From contig CM060731.1 of the NCBI GenBank assembly GCA_030704615.1, positions 39,122,001-39,186,000 of the forward strand: a DNA stretch of 64,000 nt, read 5' to 3'. Of this stretch, positions 12,650 through 24,623 are shown in pieces. This DNA is from Takakia lepidozioides (taxonomy: Eukaryota > Plantae > Bryophyta). Made by a program: the position numbers and the translations under genes. The stretch's first letter is position 1; the number at the start of each line of letters is the position of its first letter. The notes below the pieces were generated by a model that made no database searches, was not told the DNA's origin, and saw only the letters and a program-made list of their open reading frames with translations.

Positions 12650-14181
12650 AGTGTTGAGCGGGTTTGCCACTGTGAACATGACCTACGGACCCGGACTTGT
12701 CAATATGAAGACCCATTAAAAGCCCGCCGGGCCGGGCTTGTGAGGATATGAAGATTTTTGTTGTCCGACGGATATACATAATCTATGCTCATTTTTCCGT
12801 TGTCGTCGTACATGGATATAAAGGGTTTGTTGTTATAGAAGCCCGCCAGTCATGTGTAAAGGGCAGATCAAGAATCTTACTTAAAATATACGGTTTTGAA
12901 GGCGGGTTAGGATCCGGGTTACCCACACCCGGACCCGTTCTATCACAAAAAACCCGGACCCTGACCCGGGTTCATTTCTAGAATGAACCCGGAACCGGAA
13001 CCGGACCCGCCTGCTGGGTCCATAACCGTTAAACCCGCTACCCGCAGGCCAATGTAGCGGGTCAGGGTCAGGGTCCGGGTCTTAATTTGAGATGGGGCAT
13101 GCGGGGTCCACCTTGGATCTGGTAGGCTTTGTCATATGTGTGGAGGGGACGAGCAGCAATAGGTCAGCCAGCCCCACCACGTTGTAGCCCAGTGGTAATG
13201 CCCACATACCACCTCAAAAGCGGTCGTGGGTTCAATCCACGGAGTGGTGTCACAAAGTTGTGCCCTATGGGACCATAATTTACACCTCCCAAAGGAGACG
13301 TCATATATTATTATTAGGCCAGATCCCACACATCCATGCTATAGTGATCTACCCTTGAGGCATATTACTATTCTTAACATATTTAAAGAATTGATATTGA
13401 AAAATAGAAAATGGAACTCAAACTTCTATTTACCTTATTCATGGTATACATATTCATATTCATGGTGTATTTTGAAGGAATGTCTCTTAAAATAAAATTC
13501 AATATTAAGATTTAAAGTTTTTTCCAGCCAAAAATAATTTTATCTCTAATTAATCTTGTTTATCTAATTTATTCAATCAATAAATTAGGACCCGGATCCG
13601 AACCCGTGAACCCGCTAATATTTCCCAACAACTACCCGGACCCTAACCTGAGTCCGTGTTGACAAACCCGGACCCAGATTTTCCAAATTTCAAAAACCCG
13701 GATCCGGACCCGGACTTGGCTCCGAAAAAAAACCTGTACCTGGACCCGGCAGGTTCCTTAAAAAGGCAGAACCCACACAACACTGGTTCGGACCCGGGTC
13801 CGAGTTAATTGATTAAATAAATTTAAAAAAAACTAATTAGAGCTAAGAAAATCTTCGTCTGGAAAAAAAACTACTAAATTGTAATAGTGATTTTTTTTTC
13901 ACGTTCCTTCAAAATATACCATGAATATGTATTGCTCATTTAGCACAAGAATTAAAATAGAATTTGAGTTCCATTCTTCAATATCAATTCTTAAACATCT
14001 TAAAACCAGGACTCAACCAGCTGCATTGGCCCTCGGGCCGCGGGTACAAGGGATTCTGATACTAGCAGGCGGGTCTGGGTCCCGGTTTTTGGTGATAGCA
14101 CGGGTCCGGGTGCGAGTCCAGATAACCTGGATCGTAACCTGCTAGGTACCCGGGGTCGAAACCCGAACCCCCACAACACTG
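12650..14181. mobile_element. Non-autonomous TIR (hAT-like) element(s), nested or foldback, with ACCCGG-rich subterminal repeats
   Basis: CAGTGTTGAGCGGGTTTGCC at 12650; complementary ends ...ACAACACTG at ~13785 and ~14181; dense GGACCCGG/ACCCGG motifs; ~13380-13605 is an imperfect inverted copy of ~13785-14000. No TSD seen. Confidence 0.55.
13180..13316 (+). mobile_element. tRNA-derived SINE, second copy
   Basis: TGTAGCCCAGTGGTAA...GGTTCAATCC...GCCCTATGGG with a short (ATT)n tail. Confidence 0.6.
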
Positions 14182-16200
14182 GTTCATACCCAGCTCTGAC
14201 TGTGTACCGCCCAACATTGTTGTTGGCCTCCTAACTACAATATTAGCAAATTGAGTGATATAAAGGGGATGAAGCCCCAATATTTTATTGCTGGGGAAAA
14301 AATAAACCCATGTGGGGCCATAAAATATTCACACTTGGAAGTGAGGGATGTGAAGCACGATTCTGGCGCGAGGGGGTTATTCCCCTTCCTCTACCAGCTT
14401 AGATTAGTTACAGGGAATGTAGTTGGTAGACAAGCCTGGCAAAGAGGATGGAATCTTTCTAAGAAGATACAAAGGACTCAAACATCTATGCAGCGTTCAT
14501 ACAAACACTCAAGCACACATCCATGGAGCACTCGTACACACTTGAGATCAAATCCACCACCCAGAATGCCATTGCATTGGGGTTTAAATAGAGAGAGAGA
14601 GAGAGAGAAGACTCTTGCCAAAGCCGGGGTAACTAAGAGCCACTTCGCCTTACGGCTACTCCCCCCTGTCTGGTTTAAATAGTATTAGGGCGTAATCTAA
14701 TCCCAGGGCCACATGGCACTTGTACACAGGGTAGCATAGCAATAGAAAGAAACCACATCATCTAGTTCCATCCTAATCTGATCCTAAACTCACTCTTTAG
14801 AATAAGACACATCTATATTTAACCCTAAGCTGTCTCCAGCTCATCCTCATTACATAAAGTGCAAGTTCATCCATGCTACATCCTACATCCGTTCATCCAG
14901 GACGAATAATCATGCGAGGAATCCCATCTCGAATTCACAGGGACGAACCCAGATATTTCCAAAAGCCCAGAAAGACAGAAAAAGAAAAAACCTAAACTGT
15001 GCAGTGAGAAATTCCAGGTAAATAAACCTGATGGACCCACTTTGGTAACTTGTGATAATAATTCAGCGTTTTTTGATGGCGAATTTTCGCCAAATTTCGA
15101 CCTCAGAAAAAAAAATGAATATTCTGTCGCAAATTCCCTGTTTTTTCATGGATGAAATCGCCAAATTTCTCCACATAAAAAATAAATTATGGATGAATTT
15201 ACCAAATATGGATGATATACATGGATTTATGTACGAAAATGGATGATTCTGTCCATATTTCAATGGATGAACAGAATGTATGGTTATTTCTTGCGAAACT
15301 CTTTACCCACTCGCGCTTTTTTTCAAATTCGAGAAAAAGGGCTACCTCCCCTTTCTCTAAAAATAATTAAAAAAAAAGAATGGGGATGGGCATGAGTGTG
15401 ATGTGAAACAATCCGGGCCAAAAAAAAAAAAAAAACAAAAACAAAAACAAAAACAAAAACGCTTGTGAAGTAGACTGTGCGTGAGCAGGGTGGCAAATTG
15501 GAGTCAAGCCAAGGAAGTGGCAGTCAACGAGCGAGAGAGGACATGCAGATGTGAAGGGGGCCTGCGTGCCCGCGTGTCTGCCGCACACTGCCGTCATCCG
15601 CTGGATCATCCTTTTTGTCTCCCTCTTCCTCTTCATGCGCACTCCACTTTGCTGTGCAGAGAGACAGTCCACTGAAGTTCGGTGGAGCCCACAACTAGTC
15701 CGTCGTCACATCTGTGTTCGCCAACTTCTCGATGCGCAGATAGAGGTCTGGAGCTCTACACTTGAAAGAAGTTGCAGATCAGCACACAGTCGATGATCTT
15801 GGATCGGTCTCCGTTGCTTTTGTCGTCACTCTAAAATCATTGTTTCTTCTGAAGCTCTATTCGGACTGTTTCTCTTTCGATATAACAGACGCGCAGCTCT
15901 TTTGCAGTACACGACTTCGTACATCTTTGGCTTTAAGATCTACTTGTTGCCAGACTTTTACGGACGATGGAAGACATTCTGTAGGACAGAGAAGTTGGAC
16001 TATCTCCTCGGCCGGAGGATACCTTTTTCTTATGAGGTTTGGTGTACAATTTCCAGTGGTATAAGTATCACGACAAGGAGGTTGGACTATCTGATCCGCG
16101 GCCGGAAGACACCTTTGTCTTCTGAGGTTTGAACTGATTTTCTTGCGGTTCTAGCACGGTGTATATCGGCTCGTCGAGGGCTCGTCAAGAAGGGATTGAG

Positions 16201-19200
16201 ATGGCTCCCGCAGGAGAGACCCGAGAGCACATTTTCCGCTCGAAGCTGCCAGATATTGACATCCCAAATCACATGCCACTAGCACAATACTGTCTGGCAA
16301 GGGTGTCTCAATGGCCCAACAAAGCTAGCTTGATCGATGGAGTTACAGGGAAAGAGTACACTTATGCTGAAACGGAGGTGATTTCCCGGAGGGTGGCAGC
16401 TGGGTTAGTGAAACTGGGGGTGACGAAGGGGGCAGTCATCGCCCTGCTTTTGCCCAATTGTGCAGAGTTTGTCCTCGTATTTCTTGGGGCTGCCCTGAGT
16501 GGCGTTGTTGTAACCACTGCCAACCCGTTCTATACTCCCCAAGAATTGGAGAAACAGATAACTGCATCAGGTGCCACTCTGGTTGTCACTCAGTCCGGTT
16601 ACATTGAGAAGCTGAAGGGGTTGAATGTTCAGGTAACCGGATTGCTAGTACCTCAGTGCTCTCTCCCTCCCTCTATCTTTGTCGTAACTTGATGGCGGAC
16701 ATTAAGAATTTGAATGTCAGATGAGTTAGTAATCAATATCTTCCTATGAAAGGTTTCTGACGTTCCAGAAGAATCTAACACAGGTCTGCACTGTGAAACT
16801 ATTCTGTCGTGTCTTGTGTTGTGGTTGTCTGCATGTTGTAGGACACATCGCCTTCCTTTCTGAGCAAAATATACTGCGATCCTCAAATACCAGCTTGCAA
16901 TTATAATTAGTTTGTAGTTGAGGGTACCCGAAAACCGCTCTACAAATAGAGGCTCTGCTGATCCTCTAGATGATATGAGGGAATCGGCTAGTTAACTGCA
17001 GGGTAACAGACTGTATCCTTCAATCTCCGAGACTCGTAAGACATCTTTGCACAAGAGAGTCTTGAAGACTACAGTTGCAACGTATTACTGGATGGAATGC
17101 CTTTAGCAGTTTAGACTCGAGGTTTCCTGCAAGTTTTGAATGAATTGTGTGCTTCAAGCCCCCTTCAAGCCCTGAGAACATGTAAAATTTTATTGGAAAA
17201 ATGGTAGACATTCGGAGGATAGGTGCTCAGCAAGGCTGCTGGTTGCCATCTATATTGCTGAGTTTCTTCTGTGACAGGTGTTATAAGCACTGGTCAGGTA
17301 CCTTGTTTCATGGAACTCACATGGATTTGGATTGACAGTACAGAAGCCAACTGTCAATAAACCGGGGCTGATAAATGAATTATCCTTGTCTCCTTGTCAG
17401 ATCATTACCATCGATGGACCCGTGGATGACTGCAACCATATTTCTGTGTTGATGGAGGCTGACGAAAACAACTGTCCAAAGATCGACATAGACCCCCAGG
17501 ATGTGGTTTGCCTTCCATACTCCTCTGGCACAACTGGTTTGCCCAAGGGGGTGATGCTCACCCACAAGAGTCTTGTTTCCAGTGTCTCACAACAGGTGGA
17601 TGGCCAGTGCCCAAATCTAAACATGACAGTAGAGGACACTGTCATTTGCATGTTACCAATGTTTCACATCTACTCCCTCAACTCAATCCTTCTCTGTGGA
17701 TTGAGGGTTGGGGCCACCATTGTCACCATGCCAAAGTTCGATCTTCAGAAGCTGCTGGAACTCACACAGAAATACAAGGTGAAAGTCATTCCTTTTCCTC
17801 TTGTCCGTCTCCGGTGGCTTCCGATGTACGAAGTCCAGAATGACAAAATTCTTCTCTGTCCGACAATATCAGTCAAGCCAAAAACTTCTCCACGATTCCC
17901 ATGTCGGCTAGGTGTTACAGCAAATCTTAAGTTGAGATTGTTTATTACAGTGCTCAACAGAAATAGCCAGTTATATGCATACTACTGTCTCCCACATGTG
18001 CCTCTCTACTTTATCACTGATTTTAAGTCACCATGATGCCTTTCAGACATCTCCCTACCCACCAGTAAATGTCTTTTATGACCTGTGTGTGTGAATGTGC
18101 AATCAATTTATTGTGTCCATGGGAGGTTCAAAGAGCTGAAGGGACCCAAGTTGGGGCGGAGAGAGATTTTGAGATTGATGATGCCTCTTATCATGGCCCT
18201 CGGTCTCATATTTCCTGTGATATGCAAGGCTACTTCTCTGAAATTGTTCTTGGCAGGTTACCATAATCCCTGTTGTGCCACCTATAGTGTTGGCCATTGC
18301 CAAGAACTCAATTGTTGATAACTACAACCTATCAAGTGTGAAAATTGTGCTCTCGGGTGCTGCCCCTATGGGGAAGGAGCTCGAAGATGCATTCCGGGCC
18401 CGAGTGCCAAATGCTGTCCTTGGCCAGGTATGCTGCATGCTCTCTCTCTCTCTCATGTGGTTCCTTGACGTTGTACTCTGTCCGTTGGCCTCAGGGCCCC
18501 ATGGACAGATCCTGCTCTCTCTTTATAGACTCCCTGTCTTTGGTTGAGACCATGAGCTTTATCGACCAGAAGTGCTTGGCAGCACACCTGCTTGCACACA
18601 ACATCCACCAGCCATGTTTAGATCTTTGGATGCAGTTTCTAGTTGTTCTAGTTGCCCTCAGTCTCCTAGGAGGACAGGTTGTGTAGTGAAGTGTACTAGA
18701 AGTGATGAACATACATCAGACCAGACCATGGATTAGATCTGTTATAAAAGATCATCTGGACACGTCTAAAATATGAGTGATGGCTGCGTGGACCACAGCT
18801 GGTTCAGCCAAAGCTATCAAAATCAGTTTAGACAGCATGTGGATGCTGACATGCTCTTGAAGCCTTGGCTGCAGGGATATGGAATGACAGAGGCTGGCCC
18901 AGTCTTGACCATGTGTCTGGCATTTGCAAAGGACCCATATCCTGTGAAGCCTGGGTCATGTGGAACTGTGGTACGCAATGCAAAGGTGAAAATTGTGGAT
19001 ACAGAGACCGGTGTGTCACTACCTTACAACCAGCCTGGTGAGATCTGCATTCGGGGACCTCAACTTATGAAAGGTACATTTACAAAAAATGTCTTTCTCT
19101 CCCCCTCTTGACATTACCTTCGCCCTACTGCACGCACAGTCATGGAACATCAGTGGAATGGAAACTGTGCGAATGATATGTTGGGGAAAGGGGTTTCGAA

Positions 19201-21104
19201 CTCGGGGAACTCGGGGCCACAGGAGGCGCAGCTTCAGTTTAAAATCCTGCTGCTGAGATGCCGAGTCAGGTTATTGATCAATCAATAATTTAACAGAACT
19301 ACCTGATTGGTACTGCTTACACTACAACTATCGGACGTATTCTCACAGGCTCTGCAGCCCCCCTCAGGCCTAACCTTCATTATGAGGCCAAAGATCCATT
19401 AATATGTCAATAGGTTTATTTATTCCTCGGGAAATTCATATTGGTTCTTAGACAATTTGACAGGAATGAGGCCCTTGCGTTCTGTTGACATGCCCTCCTC
19501 TACATCTTATTGTTGAACTGCAAATTGGACAGTTGTCCCTCTGGAAATAGATAGTGAGACTCAAGACTGTGACGGGGACAGGTGCATTGACCCTGCGAGT
19601 GGACAGATAAGAATGCTGATTTACAAAGAATGCATGGTTTATGTGCAGGGTACTTGAACAACCCAGAAGCAACTGCCCGAACAATTGACAAGGAAGGGTG
19701 GTTACACACAGGCGACATTGCCTTCATTGACGAAGATGACGAGGTGTTCATTGTTGACCGTGTGAAGGAAATCATCAAGTTCAAGGGCTTCCAGGTACCA
19801 CCTGCACAGCTTGACAGGCACAGCACATGAGCTTGACTTCAACGTGTAATACCATCAGAGCCCCTTACAACTATCCAATGTTTTGCAGATAGAAAGGAGG
19901 AGAGAGGGCTCTGGTCAAACTTAAGGTCTTTAACTCATATATAGATGAGTTCATTGTCCCTGTCTATTAATGTAGTTTCAGACCCAATGAACCTGCCAGG
20001 AGTTCAAAAGATAAATTCAGTTTCCCACAAAAACTACACTGGCAAGGGAAGGAAAATCCAGAGTTGGTGACAGAACTGCTTTGCAACTAGTGTCTGCATT
20101 TGAGAGGCTTGATTGGCCCCACAGGGAGAAGGAAGAAGAGATCATTTGAGGTAGTCAGAGATTAGAATTTGGCGCAAGAGAATTCAGACAACATTTAGGA
20201 TGGATTTACAGATTGGAAGATGGAAATTTGGTTTGTTCTTGGGCAAGACAATTATTGACAAGGCTGTCTGTTGTGGGGGCTGAAACAGGTGCCACCCGCC
20301 GAATTGGAAGCACTTCTAGTGTCCCATGAAGGAATTCAGGATGCTGCAGTCGTCCCGTCAGTGTTTTTCCTTTTCAATCATTGCACTTTCTGTTTATGCC
20401 TGCTCAAAGATTACTATTCTGTGCCATCGATATGCTATGTAAAGATCTAGTTGGAGAAGGTGACATCTACCATTCTCTACAGGGTCAAGGCTCTCTCCCT
20501 TTCTTCGCTAATTTCTTTTTTCCCATATCATCTAGTCAAACTGAACATGTGTCTCACAGGCGGAAAGATGAGGATGCTGGTGAAGTACCTGTTGCATTTG
20601 TTGTGGAAGCTCACGGGTCAAAAATAAGTGAAGAGGAAGTGAAGACCTTTGTTGCAAAGCAGGTACAACTCTGTTCCCCTCGATGCTTCTATGGACGATC
20701 AGCCATAGCCTTCAAACTCACTAATAATTGGCTTCAGAAACGGTTGCTGGAACTTGTCGTCACGTGGTTAATGTATCCCCCATTTTCTCAATAAGCTTAG
20801 CAAATTGAATGGGTGAGAAATAGAACGCATGTATTTTTCTGGCAGATCATGAGCTGATTACTGACTCTAGAAAATGTGCTAATGCTATCAGCTGATGATT
20901 CCCATGCTAAAATGTTTGAGAAGATTTCTCAAGGAATATTGTATGAATATTGGTGTTGGACCCTATTCATGTTCAAATTTGATTGAAATGTTGATGCAGG
21001 TTGTGTTCTACAAGAAGTTGCATTCAGTTTACTTTGTTGATGCAATTCCCAAATCTCCATCAGGTAAAATTTTGCGGAAGGACTTGAGAAACAAAGCCAT
21101 ATGA
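16201..21104 (+). CDS. 4CL: 4-coumarate:CoA ligase, 8 exons
   Basis: Exons 16201-16632, 17401-17778, 18257-18427, 18875-19073, 19649-19794, 20289-20356, 20560-20662, 21000-21104, all GT-AG and in frame. Box [12 protein letters not shown], Box [35 protein letters not shown]. Confidence 0.97.
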
Positions 21105-21509
21105 TCAATTGGACTTCTAGGCACACATAAGTTAAAAGGATAATCAACTTCCAAGTCTCTCCAAGTCTTAGTGCAAGTAGAGGGAATATGGTCATAATGT
21201 ACAAAGCTAGAGGTGAGCCCCCGTCACCCTCCAAATATCAGTCCTCAATGGATTGGGATCACCTTGTTGGCCCTTTAAGTTGGAAAACGGTGCAAAAGTT
21301 CTCAACCTCCTACATTCAGGATTACTTCAGGATTTGAAGCTCACCTGCTTCTGCCATAAAGCTCTCCAGTGTTTCGCTGCTGTTGCTCCATCGTGATAAC
21401 GGGCAGCTGCAGTACTTGCAATCCAATTCAATAAGACACTGCATCTTCCAACTTTGATCATTGATCACAAACAAAACACCACCTTTTATTAAAATGTTTA
21501 CTAGGTGTT

Positions 21510-21949
21510 AGCCGTCAAACCCCCATCTTGGAACAGGGGAAAATGACTGGCATGCTGTACACCCACCATTTGCCCACTAATGTTTGAGACCAACTAGGTA
21601 AATATGGGAGTCACCTACCCCCATCCATTCTTGATGGTACAGATAGGCATCCCAGGAGCTAAGTTGATGAGGCATCCCAGGAGCTAAGTTGATGAGCCCA
21701 ACAACAATACTCTACCTGACTTAGTGGCAAAAACACAATTCCTTGTTAACCTTAAAATCCATGTAGAACAAAACATGTGTGAGGCAATGACCAAGCCTGT
21801 TGATTAGCCCAGACATCATCAGCTAGGCATGTTCATCAATTAGTGGACCAAATTGTCTTTTACAGAAACTGCATGCAACTGGTTTCTTACCTCAATGCAG
21901 ATGCACCCTGGCTCCTTCCTGACTCCTCTTACATCCTCCATCATTTCTC
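21510..21949 (-). pseudogene. Decayed E+/DYW remnant downstream of the PPR ORF
   Basis: Out-of-frame GVRKEPGCICIEV, then degraded GLIN-APGMP and FQDGV traces with indels and stops; 25-bp tandem duplication at 21645-21694. Confidence 0.75.
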
Positions 21950-24623
21950 TCACCTTTGCTTATGCCACCTGCAGCATGAATGTTTAATTGCAGCAGAAGG
22001 GCTGCAGTGTGCTTTTGATGACTGAAGAATGTATTTTGCCGCACGTTCTGCCACTTCCACATCACCATGAATTCGGCAGGCACCAAGTAAAGCCCTCCAC
22101 ACCTCAGGATCTGGTTTGATTGGCATCTTGTTAATGAAGTTCTCTGACTCATCCAATCGCCCTGCACGACCAAGAAGGTCCACCATGCAGCCAAAATGCT
22201 CCGCTGTAGGAGTGAGGCCATGATCTCGACTCATGGACTCGAAGTAGTGACAGGCTTCATCCACTAGGCCTACATGGCTACAAGCAGACAGTAGGGATAT
22301 AAAGGTGATACTGTCCAGCTTCAATTTTTTCTGTTGCATTTGTTCAAATAGTTGGAGGGCCTCCCTACCACACCGATGCTGAGCATAGCCTGCAATCATG
22401 ACATTGCATGAGACTACATTTCCATTAGCCATACTGTCAAACACTTGCCGCGCATCCTTCATACTGCCACATTTGGCATACATGTTAACAAGGGCAGTCT
22501 CCAGGATAATATCTGGTGCAATTCCACTTTTGGTGATATCTGCATGGATCCACTTGCCCTTTTCCAGGGCTCCCATGCTGGCACATGCATTGAGAACACA
22601 TGTGAATGTGACCCTGTCAGGTGTCATGGCTTCCTGTTGCATTTGCACATATACCTCAAAGGCCTCCCTACTACACCCATGCTCAGCATACCCTGCGATC
22701 ATCGCACTACATGAAACCACGTTGCGTTTAGCCATTTTGTCAAACGCTTGACGGGCATCCTTCATGCTCCCGCACTTGGCATACATGTCTACAAGGGTAT
22801 TCTCCAAATTTGTATATGAGGCAATTCCAGCCTTCATCATGTCAACATGGACCTCTTTGCCTTTTTCCAGATTTCCTAGATTGGCACATACATTAAGAGC
22901 AGAAATGAATGTGACCCTGTCAGGCATAACTCCTTCTTGTTGCATTTGCTCATAGATCTGAAAAGCCTCCCTGCTGCAACCATGCCGAGAAAATGCTGCT
23001 AGCATGGCATTCCATGAGACCACATCTCGTTCAATCATGTTGCTGAACACGTGATGGGCATCCTTTACAGTCCCACATTTGGCATACATGTCGACAAGAG
23101 TGTTCTCCAAATTAATATATGACCCAATTCCAGCTTTCATGATGTCAGCATGGACCTCCTTACCCTTTTCCAGAGCTCCTAAGCTGGCACATGCATTGAG
23201 AACACAAATGAATGTGACCCTGTTGGGTGTCACACCTTCCCGTTGCATCTGCTCATACAATTCCACAGCCTCCCTACCACATCCGTGCTGAGCATATCCC
23301 GCAATCAGTGCACTCCATGAGACCACATTCCGTTCAGCCATATTATTGAAAACTTGTCGTGCATCCTTCATGCTCCCACATTTGGCATACATGTCCACAA
23401 GGGTATTCTCCACATTTATATATAATCCAACTCCAGCTTTCATGATGTCAGCATGGACCTCTTTGCCCTTTTCCAGGGCTCTCACGCTGGCACAGGCATT
23501 GAGAACGCCAACGAAAGTGATGCTGTCAGGCATCACCCCTTCCTGGATCATTTGCTTATAGAGATTGAAAGCCTCCTTACCACAACCCTGCTTGGCATAA
23601 CCTGCTATGATTATATTCCATGTAACTATATCTCGTTCAGCCATTCTGTCGAACACTCTGCTTGCATCCACCAGGCTCCCACATTTCACATACATATTAA
23701 CAAGAGTGTTCAGTAGGAAGACATTTGACTTGAATCTACTTTCCATTATATGGGCATGCACCAGCTTTCCTTCAGCTAGGCCTTTCATTCTGATGCACTC
23801 CTGCAAGACACAAACATAAGTAGTGCAGTCTGCCTGAATGCTATGTTCGTTTAAAATGAACACGGCCTGTTTCAGTTGTCGTGCCTTACAAAGTGCCCTC
23901 ACATCCCTGCAAGCAACAGCACAGTTCTTGTTTCTTGCTCTTTCAAGAGCAGTGCTGACGGTGGAGGTTCCCCTGGCCCCAGCCTGATGTCCAACGAGCA
24001 AATGTGGCTGATATAACCCTGCCCTCCTGCATGACTCAAGACTCTTTCGTCACATAAATATGTCGAAGCTCCCAGGGTACTTGAAAGGAAGTTCCCTTCA
24101 CAAGGACAAGCTTCTTGCAATGAATGGGGAATCTACTTTCAGAATAATCTGCATCCAAATAACTCTTACCTGTTGCAGTCACAGCCTGGTGCTCCATGCT
24201 GTCCATTGACACGAGAACCATCACCAGATTGTGCTTGACCTTGTATCACAGCCACTAACTTTGCCTTCAACCAAGGTAGGTTTGACCGACGCTCAATCCA
24301 AAGCATTTCCTTTGAGCGCTTGCGCCTGAAGTCTGGTAAGCTTGGACTTTTCTGTGTCCCACAAGTGGAGGGCAGAGCAGCCATATGATTTCAACCACAG
24401 CCTCCAATAGACTGGACTACAACCACCAACAATCTAAACTTTGAAAATGACAGGGAATCACCTTGAAGAACCTACTTTCATGCCCTCTAACAAGAAAGAC
24501 CAACAGCAAAATATGGAGATATGGAGACTGAAAATAGCATCACTTTCTCAAACCTGTTGTCCCGCCACTGTGAAGGCTGTGAGTAAAACTCCTGCCAGAG
24601 ATGTTCTGTGGTCATTACTTGCC
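21950..24623 (-). CDS. Spliced PDF motif + PLS-class PPR protein, truncated in the E region (no functional DYW); first exon not resolved
   Basis: Exons 24623-24544 (QVMTTEHLWQEFYSQPSQWRDNRFEK), 24351-24170 (KSPSLPDFRRKRSKEMLWIERRSNLPWLKAKL...), 24026-21950 (five KCG-type PLS triplets, [17 protein letters not shown]). GT-AG sites with matching phases 0 and 2. Confidence 0.85.

Noticed and set aside
13180-13255. Possible tRNA gene
   Set aside because: A and B boxes are present but I could not form a cloverleaf; a shared downstream body and tail fit a SINE better.
14320-14900. Possible solo LTR with (GA)n
   Set aside because: No clear termini, TSD or second copy in the window.
22398-23819. Many antisense ORFs of the PHLAYMSTR type over PPR genes
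   Set aside because: Shadow frames of the repetitive PPR coding strand.
24556-24570. WRDNR (CGG) could be restored to WWDNR by C-to-U editing
   Set aside because: This is a nuclear gene and plant C-to-U editing is organellar; other deviations in the PDF copies are not C-to-U correctable.
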